A stretch of 64,000 bases of DNA from Octopus bimaculoides (taxonomy: Eukaryota). The notes under the pieces are model-generated. The model had not been told where the DNA came from. It saw only the letters and a program-made list of their open reading frames with translations, and did not search any database. Position numbers and translations under genes: made by a program. Shown here piece after piece: positions 1-12,200 of this stretch. Position 1 is the first letter of the stretch; every line of letters starts with the position of its first letter. Location: the NCBI RefSeq assembly GCF_001194135.2, contig NC_068983.1, positions 161,357,803-161,421,802 of the forward strand, written 5' to 3'.

Positions 1-2038
1 CATCCAACAGTAAACACAGTTGATCACTTTTGCATAAATAAATAAAACACAAACTGACTGACCCTCAATATTAAATGAGTGAAATGAACTGAGGAGCTCA
101 TTAGAACAAACACATTGATTAACGTCTGTCTTCCATGCTGGCATGGGCTGGATGGTTTGACAAGAGCTGGCCAGGCAGAAAACTGAACCAGACTTCTGTG
201 TCTATTTTGGCACAGTTTATATGGCTGGATGCCTTTCCTGACACCAACTACCCAACAGAGTAGACTGTGCTTTTTATGTGGCACCAGCACAGGTGAGGTC
301 TGGTTTAGCATAGTTTTTACAGCTGGATGCCCTTCCAAACATCAACCACTTTACAGTGTGGACTGGGTGCTTATAATTAGTTATTTACCTTCCATAAAAT
401 AACCTGGTGTTCCATAAAAAAGAAGACTAATTTCAAGTTGATTTTCATGGAACCAGAAATTCATAATGTTGTCATTATTTCAAAAATTAAAAAAAAAGTT
501 ACTAATTAAAAACATTATCTGCTACACTGACATGCATAAAAGATATTCATTAAAGTCATGCACATGGGATTCTAGAACTATTTCATGGCCATGCATATAA
601 TTAATTATTTATATCTCAATGCAGTTATTTTTGTGTGTATATGAGGTCAAGGACTTACCTACATGAAACAATTTAAATACTCCAAAAGAAATGTTATAAC
701 AAAAACAATAAGCTAAGAATCAATAGAACTAATGAGTGCAGCCTGAGCATTTTCCAGCAACTAATCATTTAGAGTGGTGATGTATCAGCTCTATTACAAT
801 ATCTAGGATCATGCTTGATCTACAACTAAGAGTAGAGTGAAAGTACGTGGTATAGTGAAAGAAAAAGCGATATAAAAGCAGACATCACTTAAACAAGAAA
901 ACCATAACCATTGAAAAAAAAAACATACCCCAAAGCAATCCCAGAACTGCATTTGGATTTGTACCTGTGAGGACTGAGTGAGAAATAAAAGAATTAGATA
1001 TTGCAAGAAAACCAATCAGTAATTATAGATAACTCTATTTTTTGAGTTACTTCAAATTTTTCACATTGACAGAATACAGGTTGACAGTCCTAAATTTGAA
1101 ACCTTTGAAATGAGATATGTACTGGAATACTTCATATTTCAGAAAGACCAATGATTAGATAATAGAGTCATAAATATGAGAAGTTCCAGCACTATTAGTG
1201 TCAAAATAAATCTGAAGATTTTTTTTGAAAAGCTTGTGTAATAAGAAAGTAAACAAGTTTATTTAACGCCCATCAGTAAACCTGTTTTCAACTCCAGTTT
1301 TTGTTGTTGTTTAGCCTCACATTCACCCTGACTGAGCTGACCTGTGAACAAAAGTGCTTCAGCCATGAGCAGGATTGGCTTTGTTTATAAAGTACACTAT
1401 CCAATGTGTTTTTCCTGTTTTGCTTTTTGTTTTTTTTTTAAGAAAAGGAAAATGATTTGAAAGAGACTTCGTTGCTTTTTCTAGCAGGTCAGATAATTAC
1501 AGAGAGGCCCTTTTGATAGTTCAGTCATCTTCAGTTAAATGAACTTTTTAATGATGGAAAAAAAGATAAAGAGAATTAGGATTAGACAAATATCTGGAGT
1601 GGGGGCAGGTGAATGACAAGGAAGCTGTAGGCTAGAGTAATATTAAGTTAGTTTCAAATTTTGGCACAAAGCCAACAAGTTCGGGGGAGGGGGTAAGTTG
1701 ATTACATCAACCTCCAGTGCTCAACTGGTACTTATTTTATCAACCCCAAAAAGATGAAAGGCAAAGTCAACCCTGGCAGAATTTGAACTCAGAATATAGA
1801 AACAAACTAAATCCTTACCAAGTATTTTGCCCAGATATATTATGAACACAAATTAATATTCCATGGCAAAAACTTTTACATTTGACAGTTTCAAGATTCA
1901 GAATTGTCAACCTATATATCATAAATTACTGGATTAAACAATTAACCAAAAAATGAATTGCTACTTCATTAAAACACAAAATGTACATAACTGTTGCACA
2001 TCATACAATAACATTTATATGGCTATATGTTTATAACA

Positions 2039-2080
<42 letters not shown>

Positions 2081-2938
2081 NNNNNNNNNNATATACTTGT
2101 GGTAATCATAAATCAATTTATATTCTTTTATTCTTTTACTTGTTTCAGTCATTTGACTGCAGCCATGCTGGAGCACCGCCTTCAGTCACACAAATCGTCC
2201 CCAGGACTTATTCTTTGTAAGCCTAGTAATTATTCTATCAGTCTCATTTGAAGAACTGCTAAGTTATATTCATCACACATTATAACATTCCTTTTTTCAA
2301 GAGAAGAATACCAGTCTTCGCTTGGAAAACGGAGTCAGACCTACAGTAATAACTTCATCTGACTATTCACTTGTTGCTTATCTATGATTTTATGCATATA
2401 TCACCTGTCTATGATGGTTATTATGTAACTCTTGGCTTCCTGAAAGAACTTTTGTGATAAAGCATTACATAATTTCAATATCTATTGTTTTCTTTATTTT
2501 TATTCTGTATTTTTGTACTTCATGTAAATGTTACTTGATTATATATATATATATATGAAATCGTGATGGCACCTGTGCCCAGCGTCGCCTTTCTGGCACT
2601 TGTGCCCGTGACATGTGTAAGGACTTTCGAGCAAGATTGTTGCCAGTGCCGCTGGACTGGCTCTTGTGCGGGTGGCACATAAAACACGCCATTTTGAGCA
2701 TGGCCATTGCCAGTACTGCCTGACAGGCCTTCGTGCCGGTGGCACGTAAAAGCACCCACTACACTCTCTGAGTGGTTGGCGTTAGGAAGGGCATCCAACT
2801 GTAGAAACTCTGCCAAATCAGATTGGAGCCTGGTGTAGCCATCTGGTTTCACCAGTCCTCAGTCAAATCGTCCAACCCATGCTAGCATGGAAAGCGGATG
2901 TTAAACGACGGTGATTATGATGATGATGATATACACTA

Positions 2939-3506
2939 TATGAGGTCTCAAAAAGTATCAGGACTGTTGCTATAGTAACAGAGCTAAAGTACACAGAGTG
3001 AAGTCACTTGGCACAGATTGACCTTGAGTTCTGTCATACAATTACATTAAGTTATGATGTTCTTGCTTCCTTCCGTTGTTTACAGCAGGGCTTGGAAGTA
3101 GAAGTGTCTAGAGTGTTGTCATCTCAAAAAAGAAGATCAGATTTCAGCAGTGCAGGATCTCCTTCACTGTATCAAAGAAGACGAAAACGTTTTGAAAATG
3201 GGTCATAACAGGTGATAAATCATGGGTCTATGACCATGACCCTAAAACCAAAAGCTCTTCAGAGTGGAGGACCCCAAATATATCTCAAAACATCAAGGAA
3301 ATCCAAGAGATTGCAACAAGGCAGTTGCTTGCTATCCCAAAAAGGCATTCCAGAAATGATTCCATCAATGGAAACAAAGTTCAATATGGTGGGTGGTTTC
3401 AGAAGGGGACTACTTTGAAGGAGATTAAATGCCAAATTGCTATGGGTTGTAGTTTTTGTTATATAGCACCAGTCCTGACCCTGGCATTCTTTGATCAGAT
3501 CTCACA
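2939..3506 (+). mobile_element. Internally deleted mariner (Tc1/mariner) element
   Basis: Imperfect TIRs (TGAGGTCT..AAAAAGTATCAGGACTGTTGCTATA / TATAGCACCAGTCCTGAC..TTGATCAGATCTCA). Transposase remnants ITGDKSWVYDHDPKT and EGDYFEGD*. Confidence 0.8.
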
Positions 3507-3607
3507 TACACATCATGCCTATATGTATCTCACTCTCTATCGCTCTCTCTCACATATAGACTCATTATACACACACATGTATATATATATGTATACTTGT
3601 ATGTATG

Positions 3608-3661
<54 letters not shown>

Positions 3662-3887
3662 TAAAGGGCAGGGAATCGTCAATTAATAATAAAATTAATA
3701 ATTAACAATTTTGCCGGGTAGCTCAGTATGAAAAAACCTTATCGGTAAAACCATTTATAATCATAAATTAGAGAAAAATTTGTAGTTTTGGAATCAGTAG
3801 TTCTTTGGCTGCTATTTCTGAATTCTCAGTATGTTGGAGAAGCAGGATACTGCTAATCCCTATATATTTATGATTTTATATATATAT

Positions 3888-4473
3888 NNNNNNNNNNNNN
3901 NNNNNNNNNNNNNNNNNNNNNNNNNNNNNNNNNNNNNNNNNNNNNNNNNNNNNNNNNNNNNNNNNNNNNNNNNNNNNNNNNNNNNNNNNNNNNNNNNNNN
4001 NNNNNNNNNNNNNNNNNNNNNNNNNNNNNNNNNNNNNNNNNNNNNNNNNNNNNNNNNNNNNNNNNNNNNNNNNNNNNNNNNNNNNNNNNNNNNNNNNNNN
4101 NNNNNNNNNNNNNNNNNNNNNNNNNNNNNNNNNNNNNNNNNNNNNNNNNNNNNNNNNNNNNNNNNNNNNNNNNNNNNNNNNNNNNNNNNNNNNNNNNNNN
4201 NNNNNNNNNNNNNNNNNNNNNNNNNNNNNNNNNNNNNNNNNNNNNNNNNNNNNNNNNNNNNNNNNNNNNNNNNNNNNNNNNNNNNNNNNNNNNNNNNNNN
4301 NNNNNNNNNNNNNNNNNNNNNNNNNNNNNNNNNNNNNNNNNNNNNNNNNNNNNNNNNNNNNNNNNNNNNNNNNNNNNNNNNNNNNNNNNNNNNNNNNNNN
4401 NNNNNNNNNNNNNNNNNNNNNNNNNNNNNNNNNNNNNNNNNNNNNNNNNNNNNNNNNNNNNNNNNNNNNNNNN
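3888..4473. other. Assembly gap (other large gaps: 17442-17649, 48757-49068, 50296-50413)
   Basis: Runs of N. Confidence 1.
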
Positions 4474-4560
4474 TTAAGAGTGGGAGGTGGGGCATTTAAG
4501 AGTGGGAGGTGGGGCATTTAAGAGTGGGAGGTGGGGCATTTAAGAGTGAGAGGTGGCTTT
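4474..4560 (+). repeat. 22-bp G-rich tandem repeat (TTAAGAGTGGGAGGTGGGGCAT), 3 perfect units and 1 degenerate, abutting an N gap
   Basis: Directly visible in the sequence. Confidence 0.95.
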
Positions 4561-6357
4561 ATGCCCGGCATTGAAAGGCTAAATATGAAAGAGGTGACAA
4601 GAATAGATGTTTGGCTATAGAGGAGATATGCGGCTACGTAACATTATACAGGGGTGGGTGGGAGTAGTTGGGAGGGAGATAACGAGGGATATGATGGAGT
4701 GCCAGAGCAAACTCTCAAGGTACAAGAAAGTGAGCGTAAGAGAGAATATGGACAGTGGATGATGAGCGTTATTAATCCAATTACCATGCTAGCATGAGTG
4801 AGACAAATGAATAAATGAAGCATTATTTTTTTATATCTAAGCTGCCCTTCCTATCATTAACCCACATCTGTTTTTCAAGTGAGAGATCTCTTATTTCACA
4901 TATCTTCAAAGACCTAAAACCAGCAGATGATTTGTTGACATCAGACATGACAACAACAGTTAGATATAGCATTTTCTCAGTATTCCAACCCTAACCTTTA
5001 CTCTAGGGTCTCAAAAGTTAAAGACCCCCTTTGGTCATGAATGACCATGGGATTGCACCTAGAAAGTTACCCTCCAAGGCACAAGTTTGGGCAAGGTAGT
5101 TTATGGAAGACCAGCATTTGACCATGCATACCAGCTTCCCTTCCCCTGTCCACGCCACCGATGTTATCCAAGGCAAGGGCAAAGGCCAATGCAGTTTGGC
5201 ACCAGTGATATCACAACTCATTTCTACAGCTGAATGAACTGGAGCAACGTGAAATAAAGTGTCTTGCTCAAGAACACAACACACATCCCAGTCCAGGAAT
5301 CAAACTCACTACCTCATGATTGGGAGCTCAATGCTCTAACCACTAAGCCATGTGCCTTCACTCTAGGATCTTATTATCCGAAAATTCAAGTCTAAAATTA
5401 TCAGTCTATATTTCAAGAGATTGTTATAATAGACTCATCTGTTACATTGACCAGATCACATATAAACAAATAAATCTATCTATTATATATATTCGTCGTC
5501 GTCGTTTAACGTCTGCTTTCCATGCTAGCATGGGTTGGACGATTTGACTGAGGACTGGTGAAACCAGATGGCTACACCAGGCTCCAATCTGATTTGGCAG
5601 AGTTTCTACAGCTGGATGCCCTTCTTAACGCCAACCACTCAGAGTGTAGTGGGTGCTTTTACGTGTCACCCGCACGAAGGCCAGTCAGGCGGTACTAGCA
5701 ACGGCCACTCTCAAAATGGTGCATTTCATGTGCCACCCGCACAAAAAAAAAAAAAAAAAAAAAGATTTCATGTGTCGCCCGCACATGAGCCAGTCCAGGG
5801 GAACCAGCAACGATCTCGCTCAAAAATCCTACAACGGCCCCGCACAAGAGCCAGTCCAGGGGCACTGGCAACAGTCTCGCTCGAAAAATTTCTTGCGTCA
5901 CCCGCACACGAGCCAGTCCCAACATTATAATGTCAGTGTTGGTTATAGTTTTCCAGCAAGTCAATCACTGGTTCACTGCATTTATAATGGAAAGAGTGAC
6001 AAAAGAATATTAGCGACTCTGCATTGCTGGGGTCGTGAGTGAGTCGTTAACCTATTATTTCCACTAGTACTCAGCTCTCACTTGTGGCCCCAGCAATGTA
6101 GAAGTAGGTATTGACAGAAGCGTGCATACAGGCAAACATAAATACATGCATTACAAACATGCAAGTACTCCCTTGATCTGCAAGAACTAGCAGTTAAATA
6201 CTTTCAATCCACATCTTACCATTTTAGAAAAGAGCAAATAAGAAAATGTAGTCCTAGATTCATAATGCTTAAATAAAAGACGGAAAGCATTTGGAGCTGA
6301 ACATAACAGAATACAGAAATTAGATTTGTATATTCAGGGAATTCTTTGTATTTGAAT

Positions 6358-6405
<48 letters not shown>

Positions 6406-6853
6406 ATGCATGTGCATAAGAGAGAGAGAGAGAGAGAGTATTCATATTGGCAGCTAGTCACTATCAGTTTTCTTTTTATGATTAAGTAGAATGATTAATT
6501 ATGATGAAAATAGATTTTAGATAATTTTTTTAAATAAATAAAGAAGCAACTAAATGACTTTTTAATGTATATTGTTTGTCACCAACACTTTAATCAAATG
6601 CTAACACAATGAATTAATTGAGAATGAGCCAATAAGGGAGCCTCCAAATGGTTAGTTGATCTGCTTGAAATAGCAGCAAAATTTCTTTCAAGTCACACCC
6701 TGTCACTGAAAAATATGATCCTGAGTTCCTTATATATATATAACAGTTGGAACACTTTTGGTCAAAATCTGCTACATCAGGGCTGGTCTAAAGTCAAACA
6801 GCAACTGAGAATATTAATGATAGTTAAAAACAAAAAATTCAATAGTAACTCAC

Positions 6854-6974
6854 ATTTCATTTTGCTAAAATCCAATGATGTTTCTCTAATACTAAAATCA
6901 GCCTGGAATGGTGCAATCTGTTCTCGTAGAATCAGTAAATGTTTTATCATAAACATCTGACCATCTAGTAAGGT
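6854..6974 (-). CDS. COG3: COG3 exon 17 (121 nt; [23 protein letters not shown]...FSKMK)
   Basis: Acceptor tttcgttttttaaag (AAG type), donor T|GTGAGT, phase 0/1. Confidence 0.93.
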
Positions 6975-9128
6975 CTTTAAAAAACGAAAGAAAAGCAATG
7001 TTGCTGAATTAGTTTTGACATGTCTCACTTTTAAAGAGTTATGAAAGAAATAGAAAAATCAGTAGACTAGTTTATTGATGTAATTTGCATTCAATTCTTC
7101 TTAGTTCTCTAAACCACCAAAGTAATTATCAATGCGATCAATGCTTTATAAAGCCATTTTCTCTTTATTCTAACCTGCTTTATTGTCATTTAAGAAGAGT
7201 AATGCTAGTCTAGAAATAATATATCAATGATTATAACACTAAATTAAATCATCATACTCAAGGCAGAAACAAGAACCTTAAACATGGATTTATACCAATA
7301 ACTGTTTCAAAGCTTAAGAAAAATCTTTCTAATATTTAAATGTTATCCTCCTAACTTAATATATGCAGACATGTTCAGACTAGTTAGAAAAGATGTCAAA
7401 ACTAGGTTATTTAGTTGAGGAAAATATTTAAACATTTTTGTAACAATTAGCAAATTTTTCTAACGTGATTTACAGAACATATAAAATAAAATTTGATGAC
7501 ACAAATGGACATGACATAGATGCAATAAGGAATGAGCTAGTAAGTACTTTTTATGAATTTGGACTTACTATCATTATAATTACTAATATTATAATACTTG
7601 ATTTCCAAACCAAAATATTAGTATTGGGTGAGTCACAAAATGTTATAATCATTTAAAGATCAATTTTCACAATTGTAAGTAAAAATTTACTTAAAGAAAA
7701 TTTACCTTTCGTTTGACAATACCTTCTTTAGCAACATTTAAACTTTTTATACAAGATTGTAGAGCTTCCTGTGAAAGTCCTTGGAATGTTGTTCGCTGAA
7801 AGAATTGGAACATAAAATTATGCACTACTAATGCAGAAAACATCAAAATAGCATAGAAAATAACAGCAGTTATTAATGCAAATAAAAACAAAATAAGATA
7901 CATATGCTAAATTGTTAAAATAACTCTTTACTAATTAGTTAATGAAACAGAAGTTTACTTCTTTCAATTTATCACAGGATCTTTCATCATTGTATCTTGT
8001 ATACATAGTATCTTTTCATTCACAGTCTGAAAAAAATATTCTTTTTACATTAACACAAGGCCTTAGACATGTACACTGGTGAGATCGGAATTCAAAATTG
8101 AAGCATTTTAACCTAAACACTGTAAGATATTACTTTAACCTACTACATCAGCACTTCTACCATTCTATTGTTCTGGGTGAATGTAAATCAAGATTTCTCT
8201 CTCAGAAGGGAGTGTACAATCAATTAAGTTGACTCAGTATATCATTGGTATATATTTAACTGATAATGAAAGGATGAAAGGTAAAGTTGTCCTAGGCAAG
8301 ATTTGAACTCAGAACATAAAGGGATGTTACTATATAGCACAAACCATTTTGTGTCAGGCATTCAAAAGTTTGTGCTACTTACTACCCTCATTGGCACTCC
8401 ATCGGTTACAACGACGAGGGTTCCAGTTCATCCGATCAACAGAACAGCCTGCTCGTGAAATTAAAGTGCAAGTAGTTGAGCACTCCACAGACACGTGTAC
8501 CCTTAATGTAGTTCTCGGGGGAGATTCAGCATGACACAGAGTGTGACAAGGCTGACCCTTTGAAATACAGGTACAACAGAAACATGAAATAAGAGTGAGA
8601 GAAAGTTGTGGTGAAAGAGTACAGCAGGGTTCGCCACCATCCCCTGCCGGAGCCTCGTGGAGCTTTAGGTGTTTTCGCTCAATAAACACTCACAACGCCC
8701 GGTCTGGGAATCGAAACCGCGATCCTACGACCGCAAGTCCACTGCCCTAACCACTAGGCCATTGTGCCTCCACACTTACTACCTAAGTGAATAATAAAGA
8801 ACTCTTATCTCATCTTCTATTATAGCCATTTAATCTATAAACTCTTCCTTTCAAGTTGATAATATGAAACAAGAAATACAGTACAAGATGGCTTTCCTCA
8901 TTCCTACTAATCTGCACTATGACTAATGTAAATTCTACAAATTTGACACAAAATACAAACTCATATGGAGTAAAATACTTGATAAGATTTGCCATTTATG
9001 TATAATAAACACAATGTGAATAATAAGTGTAAGATGAATTTATTAAACACATACATTGAGAAGAATATTCACAGGAATATTCACCTGTAGATACACAAAT
9101 GTACACATACACATGACACCCAATCACA

Positions 9129-9204
<76 letters not shown>

Positions 9205-12200
9205 TAAACTTGCTTCAACTAAAAATTCAACTTACTGCAATACACCGATAGAGTTTAGACAAAGTGACCAAAGTTCTTCTTACTGTTGGATACCACATAC
9301 CATGGAGATCAGCAGGTGACATGGGCATTGAAGACGAGTGAGTTTCTGAAAATAGAATAGGAATGTTTTCAAAATTCATAAACCACCGAACATTTCATTG
9401 ATTTCAGTATTACAGAGTCTTTGAATATTTGCTACTCTAATAGCTATATGCCAGAATTCTTTAGCATATCAGTTACATAACAAAATATATTAAGTCTACT
9501 ATTTTAAAAATCACCATCATCAATTTGACATTCACTTTTCCATGCTTGCATGGGTTAGAGACAATTTGTTGAGGCAGATTTCCTGTGACCAGATGCCCTG
9601 CATGTTACCAACTCTTACCTGTTTCCAAGCAAGACAAACAACACTCATTTATAGCTATCACACAATGTCAAGACATGGGACATAAACACATACATGCACA
9701 ATGGTCTTCTTTCATTTTCAGACTACCAAATCCACTCACAAGGTTTTGTTCAGTTTGAGGCTACAGTAGGAAGCACTTGTTCAAAATACCATGTAGTGGG
9801 ACTGAACCAGAAACCACAAGCTGGGAAGCAAGCTTAAATAGACACAACCTTAACAGAATAAGGAAAGATCTAGTTTGTTTTTTAAAAAATCTGAACTTGC
9901 AAGTACTAATATCACAACAGCTGATTTCCTCAATATAACTTTAATGCAGGTTAATATAAACCATACAGAAAGCAAAATGGAAAATTCTGTTATACTAACA
10001 AAAGCTGCAAACACTGCCTACCATCATTTTAAGAATCTTGTCAGCAATATTCTTTTCTACTTTAGGCATATGGCCCAAAATTTTTGGGGTGGAGGCCAGT
10101 TGATTAGATTGACATCAGTATGCAACTGGTACTTAATTCATTGAAGCCGAAAGGGTGAAAGGTAAAGTTGACCTCAGCAGAATTTGAACTCAGAATGTAA
10201 AGACAGTCAAAATACCATTAAGAATTTCGCCCAGCATGCTAACGCTTCTGCCAGCTCACCACCTATCTCATTAGCAATATTACTAATAGACAAAGGAACT
10301 GGCCGGATGTCATTCCTTTTACCAACTACTTTATAGAGTGCAATGGGTGCTTTTTTTGTTACTTCACAACTCACAAGACCAAAGTGCCTTCTCAATTGAG
10401 AAGCCGAATAGAGGTGGTTACTTTATGCAAGATGTTGAAAGGTTAAAATATGACAGGAGGGAGAGTAAGAGGCTTATTGTTGTAGAGAAGATTCATGACT
10501 AACTTGCATTTTTACATGGCTTGATGGGGATGGCTGGAGAGGTGCCTGAGAGAGAGAGAGGTAGATTAGGTGGAGACAAGATGCCAGAACATACCCTCAA
10601 GATAACATGTTCAAGTGTAAATAAATACAAAACTGATCTAAAGACCAGATAAATTTACCTCCACTAGTTTAAAGCCTCTAAAAACACATTCTTGATGATT
10701 TCATTTCCAAAGCAAGCAGTTCAGCTGCATCTAGTGTGTGTGTGTGTGTGTACGTGAGTGCATGTATGCGCATGTACATGTGTGCATATACTGGTGTAAA
10801 ATAATGCATGAAGTTTACAATCCTTTTCGCAAGGAAATGGTAAGATTCTGCTTTTCTGTTTACCTATTTTTCTCCCATCTTTTAGTCAGAAAGAAAGGCA
10901 GTGCCCATGATGAGTGTAACACTTCACATGGTCCCCAAGATTGATGAGAAAAAAGGAGGAAGGTATCCTCAAACTAGAGATCTGGCCCAAATGCACTTTA
11001 AGTGTCAGGTGGTGGTGTTAACCAAATCAGAGGATTAAGTAAGCCACAGCAGTATTTGAACTTAGAATGCAAAAAGTCAGAACAAACACTACAATGTATT
11101 CAGTCTGACATTATTACAATTCTAATCTACTGCACTGGATTAACACTTTTTTAATCATCATCAAGATCTCATTGGGATGCCACTCTAGATGCTTTTGCAG
11201 CCAGTCATCACCACTAGTTAGTTCTCTGTCATGAGAAGCAGGTTCACAGTCTTGTAACCTGTCCAGCCTTTGACATTGTCAAACCAGGATCTTCTCTGTC
11301 TGCCTACCTTCGACTGTGCCCTGAACAATGGTTTGGATAAGAAGCTGTTGCTGGATAGGTGACTGTACCATGAAAGCTTTCATCTTTTTACCTGTTCAAG
11401 GAGAGGTTCTTGCCTGCCAGTGTATTTGTTTACTTTCTGCCTGACAAAGCTATTCATTTTGTGCTCTATGTACAGGATGTGTAGCAGCTTTTTGAAGCAC
11501 TTGTGCTCAAATGCCTGGATTCTTCACTCCATGTCAGCTGAAGGAGTCCAGCTCCCACACCCATATAGAAGGATCAAAGTCACCAGGGACTTGTACATTT
11601 TGAGTCTTGTTGGAAAACTAATGAAATTAATTTTCCACATGGTGTTCAACTTTGACATGGCAAGAGATGAGGCTGAGTCTTATTGTTCTCTCTTTTTGAG
11701 ATCTGCTGTCCTTGGTCAAAACAAAAGCAGACTACTATGGAACAAATATTTAATATTCGATTTTACTCTGTCCAACCCATGCCAGCATGGAAAGCGGACG
11801 TTAAACGATGATGATGATGACTGAGAAACATCTGCAGCACCAATCTGATCTCTATCACAACTTCAACTTCAAAAAAAGCCCTTGACCATGTTTGGTGCAA
11901 TGGGCTGTAGCAGATGATGAAGAATTGCAACTTTGACAACAACCTCATCGAAGTAACCAACACTACAAGACATCCTGTATGAAAATTCAAGCAGTGCAGT
12001 TCTCCTGAACAACACCAGAGAATTCTTCAGGACAACAGTAGGTGTTCAGCAAGGATGTCTCCTCTCTCATATGCTTTTCAACATCTTCCAGGAAAACATC
12101 ATGCAGGAGATACTTCAAGGCCTTCATCTCTCTCTGTCTCCACTGGAGGACAGCCCATTTCCTACCTGCACTTTGCTGATGACATTAACCTGTTATGAAG

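Noticed and set aside
3831-4517. Long 'ORFs' of 150-220 aa in the ORF track (also 17257-17841, 48660-49265, 50212-50557)
   Set aside because: They are artefacts of translating N runs.
6219-6297. Exon-like minus-strand segment (ttcag...ATG|GTAAG) as a candidate COG3 exon 18
   Set aside because: No reading frame resembles COG3.
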